A DNA stretch of 64,000 bases, taken from NCBI GenBank assembly GCA_964568775.1, contig CAZMQW010000001.1, forward strand, positions 719 to 64,718. Direction: 5' to 3'. Origin of the DNA: an uncultured Candidatus Saccharibacteria bacterium (GTDB taxonomy: Bacteria; Patescibacteriota; Minisyncoccia; Minisyncoccales; MHMH01). Positions 9,544-18,173 of the stretch are shown here, one piece after another. The notes beneath the pieces are model-generated. The model did not search any database. It was not told the DNA's origin and saw nothing but the letters and a program-made list of their open reading frames with translations. Each line of letters begins with the position of its first letter. Position 1 is the first letter of the stretch. The position numbers and the translations under genes were made by a program.

Positions 9544-9738
9544 TTACCAATCTTCTTTTAATATGGTATCTAATTTACCTTCGTGGTTCTCGTGGTAAAA
9601 TAGCGTTTCCGGCGACGTATCTTCCAGCGCCGCCTCTTTTACTTCTTCATAAACTCCACAATGCTTGGAGATTTTCCTCCCGTTTTTATTCATCGCGACT
9701 ACCGTGTCAAATTGAGTTCTTATCAAACTGTGAATCAT
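9544..9738 (-). CDS. hypothetical small protein
   Basis: 64-aa ORF preceded by GAAGGAGA about 7 nt upstream of the ATG. Confidence 0.5.
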   Translation of the reverse strand: MIHSLIRTQFDTVVAMNKNGRKISKHCGVYEEVKEAALEDTSPETLFYHENHEGKLDTILKEDW

Positions 9739-9786
9739 GTTTTTTCTCCTTCTGTATTAAATTTTTAACAACCCAATCTTAACAGA

Positions 9787-9815
9787 TTGATTTTAACCTG
9801 TCAATAAGATAAAAT
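9787..9815 (+). promoter_or_regulatory. sigma70-type promoter of the PEGA-domain gene
   Basis: TTGATT-N17-TAAAAT, with the -10 ending 9 nt before the ATG at 9825. Confidence 0.45.
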
Positions 9816-9824
9816 GGATAAGAT

Positions 9825-10595
9825 ATGCAAAAAAGAACCAGAACTATTTTATTCATCATCTGCGTGGTTTTATTCTGCCTGGCCGCCCCTTCAATAATTC
9901 TCTATTCCCAAGGCTACCGGGTTGATTTGGGAGGAAAAAGAATCGTGCAGACCGGCGGTCTGTATTTCAAAGCCCTGCCCCCCAACGCCGAAATCTATAT
10001 CAACGGAGAATTTAGAGACAAGACCGCTTTTCTGACTAACTCCCTTTTTATAGAAAACCTGCTGCCAAAAACCTATCAGGTAGAGGTAAAAAAAGAGGGC
10101 TACCGCTCTTGGGAGAAAAACCTGACGGTTGAGGAAAGGAAAGTGACCGACGCCAAAAACATCATTCTTATCACCCAAGAGCCCGATTTCACGCTTTTTT
10201 CAACCAGCACTCAAGAAATCAACCTGACTGTTGCCGGCATAACGGCTAGCGCCACTTCTTCCGACAAGGAAAAAATTATTGAAGCCACGGACTACGAAAT
10301 CTGGGTTTTCTTTCCGAATAAACAAACCGAAAAACCTTCAATTGAACAAAAAGAAAGGATATTTTTGACCCGCTTCTCGGAAAAAATCGGTAAAATATTC
10401 TGGTTTAACGATTACTATCTGATTTTCAACCTGAGCGATAAAATAAAAGTCGTCGAAATCGACGACCGCGACAGAATAAATATGGTTGACATAGCTGAGT
10501 TTGAAAATCCGGAGATATTCTGGAGCCAGAAAGACAAAAAGCTGTATGTTTTAAGCGAAGGCAAATTATACGTTGCAACTAACCTACTTCCCTGA
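9825..10595 (+). CDS. membrane-anchored PEGA-domain protein
   Basis: 256 aa with an N-terminal TM helix. PPNAEIYINGEF...YQVEVKKEGYRSWEKNLTV resembles a PEGA domain. Confidence 0.6.
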   Translation: MQKRTRTILFIICVVLFCLAAPSIILYSQGYRVDLGGKRIVQTGGLYFKALPPNAEIYINGEFRDKTAFLTNSLFIENLLPKTYQVEVKKEGYRSWEKNLTVEERKVTDAKNIILITQEPDFTLFSTSTQEINLTVAGITASATSSDKEKIIEATDYEIWVFFPNKQTEKPSIEQKERIFLTRFSEKIGKIFWFNDYYLIFNLSDKIKVVEIDDRDRINMVDIAEFENPEIFWSQKDKKLYVLSEGKLYVATNLLP

Positions 10596-11273
10596 AGACT
10601 CCACCTTCTTTTTAAAATCGGCCCATTTCACCTCTCCCCCGTCAACCTTGGAGCAAACATCTTTGAACTGACAATAACGACATTGCCAGTTTCCCGGATA
10701 ATCGGTCAGCCGGCCGGGGATAATGTCGGAATCGATCTTTTTCTTGATTTCGTTCAAATTATTTAACAGGGCCAAAACTCTCTTTTTGTCGTAATTATAA
10801 ACGAACTCTTTCAACTCCAAGCTGTTCTTGTTAACGTACAAAAGAATGCCTTTGGGAATTTTAAAGTAATGCAGATAAAGCTGGATCTGGTCGATATTTT
10901 CCGGCTTAGCTTCCGCCAATTTGTCAAATATCATGCTGTTCATGCTTTTAATGTCCAAAACATACATGTTTTTGCCGTCGCTCAAAATAGCGTCGGCCCG
11001 GCCGCTGATTATCTCCTGAGGAGGAATATTCACTTCGGAAGCAACCACGTGAATGTCTCTAATACTTAACAGCGGCTTCATGATCAGCTGGTGGATATGG
11101 TCGCCGTGATCAAATAATCTCAAGATATTCGCCTTCATATCTCCCCGGGGCGCGTTTTTAAACTTGAAAAAAAGCGCCCGGCCGCATTTGCCCGCGTCCG
11201 TAATATAAAAATGGTGCTGTTCCCTGTCTTTCTGCCTGTCCAAATAATATTGGTCAATAGACTCTTTAAGCAT
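10584..11273 (-). CDS. PD-(D/E)XK nuclease with Cas4-like 4-Cys cluster
   Basis: 229 aa with an N-terminal Cys (DAGKCGR), nuclease core ..ADAIL..YVLDIKS.., a QLYLHY motif and C-terminal CRYCQFKDVC. Confidence 0.65.
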   Translation of the reverse strand: MLKESIDQYYLDRQKDREQHHFYITDAGKCGRALFFKFKNAPRGDMKANILRLFDHGDHIHQLIMKPLLSIRDIHVVASEVNIPPQEIISGRADAILSDGKNMYVLDIKSMNSMIFDKLAEAKPENIDQIQLYLHYFKIPKGILLYVNKNSLELKEFVYNYDKKRVLALLNNLNEIKKKIDSDIIPGRLTDYPGNWQCRYCQFKDVCSKVDGGEVKWADFKKKVESSGK

Positions 11274-11274
11274 A

Positions 11275-11724
11275 TTATCTCTTTTTCCATTGAGGAGCTC
11301 TGCGAGCTCTTTTTAAACCTGGTTTTTTACGCTCCCGCATCCTGGAATCCCGAGTCAGAAAGCCGGCTTTTTTCAGTCTCTGGCGCAGTTCGGGGCTGAA
11401 TTTCACCAAGGCTCGGGCTATCCCGTGCCTGACGGCCTCGGCTTGGGCGTGCAACCCGCCTCCTTTCACTTTAACCACTGCTTTAAATTTATCCAAGCTA
11501 TCTGCCTGAACTAAAGAATCTTGAACGGCTTGCTGCCATTCCAAAACAGGAAAATATTTTTCCAAAGTTTTTTCGTTGACTAAAATTTCTCCCTTGCCCT
11601 GGGCTTGCAGCCTGACTCTGGCCACGGCCGTCTTTCTTCGGCCGACCGCCTCAAAATAGCGCTCTTTCTTGACTTGCGGTTTTGGCTTAGCTTTTGCTTG
11701 TTTTTTGGTTTTTTTAACTGCCAT
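11275..11724 (-). CDS. rpsI: 30S ribosomal protein S9 (K-rich N-terminal extension)
   Basis: GRRKTAVARV... and C-terminal ..RKKPGLKRARRAPQWKKR. Follows rplM. Confidence 0.95.
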   Translation of the reverse strand: MAVKKTKKQAKAKPKPQVKKERYFEAVGRRKTAVARVRLQAQGKGEILVNEKTLEKYFPVLEWQQAVQDSLVQADSLDKFKAVVKVKGGGLHAQAEAVRHGIARALVKFSPELRQRLKKAGFLTRDSRMRERKKPGLKRARRAPQWKKR

Positions 11725-11727
11725 GGA

Positions 11728-12078
11728 TTATTGAAATTTGAGCCTTTTAATTTGTTCTGCCCTTAATTTGTTCCTGGGCAGCATGCCGAAAACTGTCCTT
11801 TTTAAAACTTCTGCCGGACTCTTTTCAAAAACCTTTTTAAAGGGCGTTTCTTTCAAGCCGCCCGGATAGCCCGAATGACGGTAATATTTTTTTTGCTCCA
11901 TTTTTCGGCCGCTCAGTTTGACTTTATCAACGTTTTTTATTACCACGATATCGCCCGAATCCTGATTGGGCCGAAAATCGGGCCTGTGCTTGCCGCGCAA
12001 AAAAACAGCGATTTTTGTCGCCAGCCGGCCCAACACCATGTTGGTAGCGTCAATTGTTTGAGTTTGTCTTTTTATCAT
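11728..12078 (-). CDS. rplM: 50S ribosomal protein L13
   Basis: MIKRQTQTIDATNMVLGRLATKIA.. I chose the ATG at 12078. The track start at 12147 would add a non-homologous extension. Confidence 0.9.
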   Translation of the reverse strand: MIKRQTQTIDATNMVLGRLATKIAVFLRGKHRPDFRPNQDSGDIVVIKNVDKVKLSGRKMEQKKYYRHSGYPGGLKETPFKKVFEKSPAEVLKRTVFGMLPRNKLRAEQIKRLKFQ

Positions 12079-12433
12079 GTTGCTGTTTAACGAGTTCAAT
12101 GAAAGCGACTCTGGCGCCGTCCGACTGCCTTTGACCGATTTTAACAATACTGGTATAGCCTCCTTTTCTGGCTTTATAGCGCGGCGCTATCTCGGTAATC
12201 ATTTTTTTAACCAGGGCGGGCGAAAAAAGTCCGGACAGCTTTCGTTGGGAGGTTAAATCTTTTTTCTTGGCCAGGGTAATGAGTTTTTCAGCAAAACCGG
12301 CGACCTCTTTTGCTTTGGCTTCGGTCGTCTTGATCTTCTCCCGCAAAAATAAAGCGCTGGCCAGGGTTCTGAGCAAAGCCCGGCGCTGGTCTTTCTCTCT
12401 ATTTAGTTTTCTTCCTTTTTTTCTTTTTCGCAT
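12050..12433 (-). CDS. rplQ: 50S ribosomal protein L17
   Basis: MRKRKKGRKLNREKDQRRALLRTLA.. is a typical L17 N-terminus. The start overlaps the rpoA 3' end by 35 nt. Confidence 0.9.
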   Translation of the reverse strand: MRKRKKGRKLNREKDQRRALLRTLASALFLREKIKTTEAKAKEVAGFAEKLITLAKKKDLTSQRKLSGLFSPALVKKMITEIAPRYKARKGGYTSIVKIGQRQSDGARVAFIELVKQQHDKKTNSNN

Positions 12434-13202
12434 TTTTTTTAGCAGAAACTTTTTTCACTTTTTTGGCCGGTTTTTTTCTTGGCTTTTTCTTTAAAACTGG
12501 CGCAGCTTCAGCCGCAACTTTTTTGAATGCTTCGCCGAGCAAGCCAAAATGCTTAACTAAAATTCCGGCTGCCTCGCTCAACGCTTCTTCCGGAGTCACG
12601 GTGCCGTCGGTCTCAAGCTCAATAGAAAGGCGGTCAAAATCAGTCCTTTCTCCCACTCTCATGTTTTCCACTCGGTAGCTGACTTTTCTGACCGGAGTGA
12701 AAATAGCATCTAAAGCAATCGTGCCGATTTCCATTTTTCCCTTTTTCCTGATTTCGGCCGGCTCATAGCCTAAACCTTTTTCAATCAGAATTTCTATTTC
12801 CAAATGGGCTGTTTTGGCGGTTAAGGTTGCGACGGATGCCTCTTTGTTCATTAATTCTACCTGAGAAGGCAACTGAAAAGCCGAACCTTTGACGGTTTTT
12901 GCACCCTTGACCGACAGTTTGGCTTTCTGGGACTCCTCGCCGTAAAGCTTAAATCTCAACTGCTTAATGTTCAGCAAAATATTGATAACGTCTTCCCGGA
13001 CTCCGGGGATGGTTGAGAACTCGTGCTGGGTATTTTTAATTTTAACCTGGGTGACGGCTGCCCCGGGGAGAGAAGAAAGCAAAACTCTTCTCAAACTGTT
13101 GCCGATGGTCACCCCGTACCCGGGATAAAGACCCTCGAATTCAAAAATGGCTGAATTGCCTTTTTTCTCGACGACTTTCGGTTGAAGGGGTAAAGGAATC
13201 AT
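12399..13202 (-). CDS. rpoA: RNA polymerase alpha subunit, NTD only plus lysine-rich tail
   Basis: 267 aa. The alpha-NTD sequence (GNSLRRVLLSSLPG.. RVGERTDFDRL..) ends near aa 225. The remaining 42 aa are KKKPRKKPAKKVKKVSAKKNAKKKKRKKTK-like. Confidence 0.9.
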   Translation of the reverse strand: MIPLPLQPKVVEKKGNSAIFEFEGLYPGYGVTIGNSLRRVLLSSLPGAAVTQVKIKNTQHEFSTIPGVREDVINILLNIKQLRFKLYGEESQKAKLSVKGAKTVKGSAFQLPSQVELMNKEASVATLTAKTAHLEIEILIEKGLGYEPAEIRKKGKMEIGTIALDAIFTPVRKVSYRVENMRVGERTDFDRLSIELETDGTVTPEEALSEAAGILVKHFGLLGEAFKKVAAEAAPVLKKKPRKKPAKKVKKVSAKKNAKKKKRKKTK

Positions 13203-13231
13203 ATGATTAAAAATTAATAATTAATGTTACT

Positions 13232-13861
13232 TTAGCGCGAATAATATTCGAAAATGGTTGAGATTTCAGCTGGCGGGCTGGCTTCCTCTAAGTTGGGCAA
13301 GCCAACTACCTCGCCTTCCAATTTCTCCACATTTACTTTCAGCCAGCTCGGTGCTTGGTGTTTTTTTAATATGGGAGCCAGGTTGCTGAAAATCTTTTTT
13401 TTCTGGGATAGAGGCCGCAGAGTCACTTTGTCTCCTTTCTTCAGTTGACAGGCCGGAATGTTTACCCGCTTGCCATTGATCAGAAAATGGCCATGGGAAA
13501 CAATCTGCCGGGCCTGAGATCGGGAAGAAGCAAAACCCAAACGAAAAACAACATTGTCAAAGCGGCTCTCCAGCTTTTGGATTAAAAGGTTGGCCGCATC
13601 GCCGGTTCGGCTTTTTTTATTAAGAATCTCTTTGACGTATTTGCGAAACTGTCTTTCTCTTAGATTATACCAGTTTCTCAGTTTTTGTTTTTCCCTCAGT
13701 TCTTTGCCGTATTCGGAAAGGGCCCGTGGTCTTTTTTTTCTTTTCATACCGGGTGGATAAGGTTTTCTAATCAAAGGGCACTTAGGTGAGAGACATTTTT
13801 CGCCTTTCAAAAAAAGTTTGACACCAAGTCTGCGGCAAATTTTACATTTATTATCCAGCAT
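13232..13861 (-). CDS. rpsD: 30S ribosomal protein S4
   Basis: 209 aa with an N-terminal Cys cluster (CKICRRLG..CLSPKC) and an S4 domain. Confidence 0.95.
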   Translation of the reverse strand: MLDNKCKICRRLGVKLFLKGEKCLSPKCPLIRKPYPPGMKRKKRPRALSEYGKELREKQKLRNWYNLRERQFRKYVKEILNKKSRTGDAANLLIQKLESRFDNVVFRLGFASSRSQARQIVSHGHFLINGKRVNIPACQLKKGDKVTLRPLSQKKKIFSNLAPILKKHQAPSWLKVNVEKLEGEVVGLPNLEEASPPAEISTIFEYYSR

Positions 13862-13865
13862 AAAT

Positions 13866-14321
13866 TTAGACTCTTCTTACTTTCGGCGACCGACAGCCGT
13901 TATGAGGCACCGGGGTAATATCAGTGATGGCCACGATATCCAAGCCGCGGGCAGCCAGCGACCTGATGGCTGATTCCCGGCCCGAGCCAATACCTTTAAT
14001 GAAAACAGCGATTTTTTCTATGCCCAATTTCTGAATTGTCGGCATGATGGCTTCGGCCACCTTGGAAGCAGCAAAGGGTGTCGCTTTTTTCGTCCCCTTG
14101 AACCCGATGGCTCCTGCTGACGTCCAAGCCAAAACATTACCCCGCAAATCGGTCAGAGTAATAATGGTGTTGTTGTAGGAAGAAGAAATGTAGATTTTAC
14201 CTTCTTTGATCCTAGCTGAAGGAACTTCTACTTTTGTTTCTTTTTTAACCGCAGCTTCAATCTTTTCTCTTTCTTCCAGCAACTCCTTCTCGGTTTTTTG
14301 GATAATGCGTTTCTTGCCCAT
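13866..14321 (-). CDS. rpsK: 30S ribosomal protein S11
   Basis: ..NNTIITLTDLRGNVLAWTSAG..GFKGTKKATPFAA.. with an N-terminal extension. Confidence 0.95.
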   Translation of the reverse strand: MGKKRIIQKTEKELLEEREKIEAAVKKETKVEVPSARIKEGKIYISSSYNNTIITLTDLRGNVLAWTSAGAIGFKGTKKATPFAASKVAEAIMPTIQKLGIEKIAVFIKGIGSGRESAIRSLAARGLDIVAITDITPVPHNGCRSPKVRRV

Positions 14322-14325
14322 AATT

Positions 14326-14715
14326 TTAGGTTGGTTCGGACGGCGGTTTTCGGCCGGAGCCCACAGTTTTTCTCACGTTGCCCCTGACCGTTCTGGTATT
14401 GGTTTTGGTTCGCTGACCCCTGACCGGCAGACCTTTGATGTGACGGATGCCCCGCCACGAACCCACGTCTTTCAGTCTTTTTATATTCATCATTTTTTCC
14501 CTTCTCAATTCCCCCTCGATCTTGTAGTTCTTCTCAATCGCCTCTTTCAGCTTATTCACCTCGGTAGCGGAAAGCTTAGCGGCTTTGGTTTGAGGATTTA
14601 TTTTGGTCTCGACCAGGATTTTTCTGCTCAAAGAATGACCTATACCGTAAATATAGGTCAAAGCGGTCTCTATTTGCTTTTGCTCTGGGATATTGACTCC
14701 CGCGATTCTTGGCAT
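14326..14715 (-). CDS. rpsM: 30S ribosomal protein S13
   Basis: MPRIAGVNIPEQKQIETALTYIYGIG.. Confidence 0.95.
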   Translation of the reverse strand: MPRIAGVNIPEQKQIETALTYIYGIGHSLSRKILVETKINPQTKAAKLSATEVNKLKEAIEKNYKIEGELRREKMMNIKRLKDVGSWRGIRHIKGLPVRGQRTKTNTRTVRGNVRKTVGSGRKPPSEPT

Positions 14716-14717
14716 AA

Positions 14718-14831
14718 TTATCCTTGTCTTTGTTTATGTTTGGGATTTTTACAAATTACATAAATCCGACCTTTACGTCGGACAATTTTGCAGTTTTTGC
14801 AAATTTTTTTTACCGATGGTCTGACTTTCAT
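14718..14831 (-). CDS. rpmJ: 50S ribosomal protein L36 (Zn-binding form)
   Basis: Hand-translated and not in the ORF track: [37 protein letters not shown]. The ATG overlaps the infA TGA (ATGA). Confidence 0.9.
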   Translation of the reverse strand: MKVRPSVKKICKNCKIVRRKGRIYVICKNPKHKQRQG

Positions 14832-15049
14832 TTCCCTCGATAGATTATCCTTCCCCGCTTCTCATCGTACGGGCTCATTTCCACTTGAACCGTGTCGCCG
14901 GGCAGTATCTTAATATGAAACATCCGCAACTTACCCGCCAAATGAGCCATTATTTCCTGGCCGTCGTCCAAACGAACCTTGAAATGAGTGCTGGGAAGGG
15001 CTTCTAAAACAATACCTGTTTTTCTCAGGTTTTTTCTGTTTAGTTCCAT
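14828..15049 (-). CDS. infA: translation initiation factor IF-1
   Basis: [42 protein letters not shown].. I chose the ATG at 15049 because the track start at 15061 is TTG. Confidence 0.9.
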   Translation of the reverse strand: MELNRKNLRKTGIVLEALPSTHFKVRLDDGQEIMAHLAGKLRMFHIKILPGDTVQVEMSPYDEKRGRIIYRGK

Positions 15050-15088
15050 TTGATAAGACAATTATTGATGATACCAGACTCCATTGAA

Positions 15089-16321
15089 TTAGTCAACAAT
15101 TACTTTGACTTCAATTTCAGCGCTGTCAACCGGCACGGTCGTCACCCAGAAAGGCCAGAGTCTGGCCTGGACTTGCTCGATCTCGGGGAAAGCCCTCAAA
15201 GTCGCTCTGATTTCGTCCGGCCTCAGATCCCTCACTTTTTCTTTGAGATAATTCTCGTCCAGCGCCGAATAGATTTCGCCGCTAATCTCGATGCCCAAAG
15301 TAATCTGGCCATTTTCAATATCAATGGCTTCGGGTAGATAGCTGATGCCGACCGAACCTTCAATCAAAACCTTATCCGTTGGTATTTGGCTGAGAATATA
15401 ATCTCGGGCGAAATCTTTCAGGTCAGACTTTTTCAATACCGGCACCTCTCCCTCAACTTTAATTTGACAGACAAAATTGTTAACCACCTGGCCAACCTCA
15501 GTCAAAGGAATGAACTCAATAACTTTTATCTTCATTTCTTCCTCGATCACAATATAGTCATCAGCCGAAACAGCGCTCTCCAGGGCTGTCTGGCATTCCT
15601 GCCGGGCTTTTTCTTCCAAAATCTTTTCAGCGTTGTCCAGATCGGCCTGGGTGACCTGGGTAACTGAAGTTTTTTTGCCCCCGCTCATGACCGACGAAGA
15701 TTCGCCGTAAACAGATGTGTAGCGGGGGCTGCCTTTTAAACCGGGCACGGAAAAAGTACAGGGACCGATGTTATATTCTTCCCCGGCGCTTGAAGCGATG
15801 ACTTCTACGTCAAGGTATTGCTGAGCCGGAACCACCACTCTTTCTTTAGTTTTGAATTCCCTCAGGTTTTCGTCATCAAAACACCAAAAACGGGTATTGG
15901 CCACTAGAATCTGGTCGAGAGAGTAATTATTGTAAACTCTGATAACTCCCTGGGCTTTATCTTCCCTGGCCGCCTGGCCGCTAGATGGAAACTCCTGGGA
16001 GATAAAATGCTCTTTTTTTATAATTTCCCCCGCAGAAGAAAACTGGCTGGAGAATTCAACCGGAGTTTTGACCGGCCGAATCTCTATTACTGCCTTGGAT
16101 TCAATGAAAACAAGGCAAAGGATAATAATAACCAGCAATCCCCCGATTATTAAAACTGGCTTGCGAAGCCGGAAAGCCCGGGGTAACTTGGGCATTATTT
16201 TCTTCACCTCAATCTTTTTAAACTTGGCCCGCCGCATTGCTTTGGCTGTTTTGGTCGGACTGCTGGATTTTAAGGCTTCTTGCGGCGGTGTAATGTCGAA
16301 TATTTTCTTTTTGTTGGCCAT
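15089..16321 (-). CDS. hypothetical membrane-anchored protein
   Basis: 410 aa with a basic N-terminus, one TM helix (PVLIIGGLLVIIILCLVFI) and a large extracytoplasmic part. I recognise no family. Confidence 0.6.
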   Translation of the reverse strand: MANKKKIFDITPPQEALKSSSPTKTAKAMRRAKFKKIEVKKIMPKLPRAFRLRKPVLIIGGLLVIIILCLVFIESKAVIEIRPVKTPVEFSSQFSSAGEIIKKEHFISQEFPSSGQAAREDKAQGVIRVYNNYSLDQILVANTRFWCFDDENLREFKTKERVVVPAQQYLDVEVIASSAGEEYNIGPCTFSVPGLKGSPRYTSVYGESSSVMSGGKKTSVTQVTQADLDNAEKILEEKARQECQTALESAVSADDYIVIEEEMKIKVIEFIPLTEVGQVVNNFVCQIKVEGEVPVLKKSDLKDFARDYILSQIPTDKVLIEGSVGISYLPEAIDIENGQITLGIEISGEIYSALDENYLKEKVRDLRPDEIRATLRAFPEIEQVQARLWPFWVTTVPVDSAEIEVKVIVD

Positions 16322-16337
16322 AGATATATTATATAAT

Positions 16338-18089
16338 TTATTCCAAAATTGCTCTAATGCGTCTAATGCCCGCGCCAGAAGATTCTTCTTTGACGATTTT
16401 AAAATGGCCCAATTCGCCGGTTCTCTCAGCGTGGGGGCCGGCGCAGATTTCTTTGGAAAATTCGCCGATTGAATAAACTGTCACAGTTTCGGGATATTTT
16501 TCTTTGAAAAAAGCCAAAACATCCTTTTTCACAGCTTCATTATAGCTTATTTCAGCCTTTTCTACCTTTAAATTATCTTTAATCTGCTTGTTAACCAATG
16601 TTTCGACTTTTTTTAACTCTCCGGCCGTTACTTTCTTGAAATGGGAAAAATCAAACCTTAGCCTGGCAGCGGTAATATCAGAACCCATTTGCTTGACGTG
16701 GCTGCCCAAAACTTTTCTCAAAGCGGTGTGAAGTAAATGGGTGGCGGTATGTAATTTGGCGGCGGCAACGCCGGCATCCTTGCCCACGCCGCCGAACTTC
16801 TTTTCAGCACCGGCCCGGGAAACGTCCCGGTGCTTTCTAAATGCTTCCTCAAATCCCATTCTATCAATCTTCAAACCTTTTTCCCTGGCCAATTCTTCAC
16901 TCAATTCCAAAGGAAAACCATAAGTGTCAAAAAGATGAAAGGCGTCCGCCCCGTTAATATCTCCCAGGGCAGCAATTTTTTCAAACTGTTTTAGACCCCT
17001 CTCCAGAGTCTTGGAAAACTTCTCTTCCTCTTTCTGGATTACGGTCAGAATGTCGCTTTCCCGCGAACGAACGGAGGGGTAAACGTCCTGATAAATTTCA
17101 ATGACTTTTTGAGCCAAAGGAATCAGGAAATTCTGAGGGAAGTTAAGTAATCTGCCGAATCTCATAACCCTTCTCAGCAACCTTCTTAAAACATAGCCCT
17201 GTTCGACGTTGGAGGGAAAAATTCCCTCGCTGGCCAGAAAAACAGCGCCTTTGATGTGGTCGGCGACAATACGGTAAGGTTTGGGATTCTGCTGATAGGG
17301 TTCGGCAGAAATCTTTTCGATTTCTTCGAGCAATGGCTTGAACAAATCTGTTTCAAAAACAGATGAAGTGTCTTGACTCGCTATAGCTAATCTTTCCAAA
17401 CCCATGCCCGTATCAACTCCTTTTTTCTTCAAAAGAGTCAGGTTTTTGTTTTTATCCTGATAATATTCGTTGAACACCAAATTCCAAACCTCAACGAACC
17501 GGCCGCATTTACAATTGGGTAAACATTGCTTTCCTTTTTTGCAGGGTTTTAAGGTCAGATCGTAATGGATTTCCGTAGTCGGACCGCAGGGACCGGTCTG
17601 ACCGGTCGGCCCCCAAAAGTTATCCTGCCGGCCGGACCCGTAAATCTTTTTGGGAGAAATACCCAGGCTTTGCCATATTTTCTTTGACTCTTTGTCTTCG
17701 GGCACTTCTTTATCCCCCTTGAAATAGGTAAACCACAATCTGTCTTGAGAAAGCTGGTATTTTTTAACCAAAAGTTCAAAAGCGAATTCAATCGCCTCTT
17801 TTTTGAAATAATCACCGAAACTGAAATTGCCCAGCATCTCCAGAAAAGTCAAATGATCAGTATCCCCCACCTCCTCAATATCGGAGGTACGGAAACACTG
17901 CTGGCAGGAAACCGTCCTCGGACCGTAAGGCGACTTTTTCCCCAGAAAATATTCCTTGAACTGCTGCATGCCGGCCGTAGTAAAAAGCACTGATGGATCG
18001 GTCGGCAACAACGAAGAAGAGGGCACTATTTTGTGTCCTTTTTCCTCAAAAAACTTCAAAAATTCGCTCCGCAGTTGCTTGGATGTCAT
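16338..18089 (-). CDS. alaS: alanyl-tRNA synthetase lacking the C-Ala domain
   Basis: 583 aa with N-terminus LRSEFLKFFEEKGHKIVPSSSL and editing-domain motifs HTATHLLH and CAGPH. The protein ends right after the editing domain. Confidence 0.9.
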   Translation of the reverse strand: MTSKQLRSEFLKFFEEKGHKIVPSSSLLPTDPSVLFTTAGMQQFKEYFLGKKSPYGPRTVSCQQCFRTSDIEEVGDTDHLTFLEMLGNFSFGDYFKKEAIEFAFELLVKKYQLSQDRLWFTYFKGDKEVPEDKESKKIWQSLGISPKKIYGSGRQDNFWGPTGQTGPCGPTTEIHYDLTLKPCKKGKQCLPNCKCGRFVEVWNLVFNEYYQDKNKNLTLLKKKGVDTGMGLERLAIASQDTSSVFETDLFKPLLEEIEKISAEPYQQNPKPYRIVADHIKGAVFLASEGIFPSNVEQGYVLRRLLRRVMRFGRLLNFPQNFLIPLAQKVIEIYQDVYPSVRSRESDILTVIQKEEEKFSKTLERGLKQFEKIAALGDINGADAFHLFDTYGFPLELSEELAREKGLKIDRMGFEEAFRKHRDVSRAGAEKKFGGVGKDAGVAAAKLHTATHLLHTALRKVLGSHVKQMGSDITAARLRFDFSHFKKVTAGELKKVETLVNKQIKDNLKVEKAEISYNEAVKKDVLAFFKEKYPETVTVYSIGEFSKEICAGPHAERTGELGHFKIVKEESSGAGIRRIRAILE

Positions 18090-18173
18090 TACTATTTAAA
18101 TAGTATCAGAAACAAACCAAAAACAAAAGACCAGAGGTGCTCATCGCTTCGAGAGAATCCCAAAAGGGTAATC

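Noticed and set aside
10584-11273. A CRISPR-Cas locus suggested by the Cas4-like nuclease.
   Set aside because: No direct-repeat array or other cas gene was found by eye in any intergenic region of the window.
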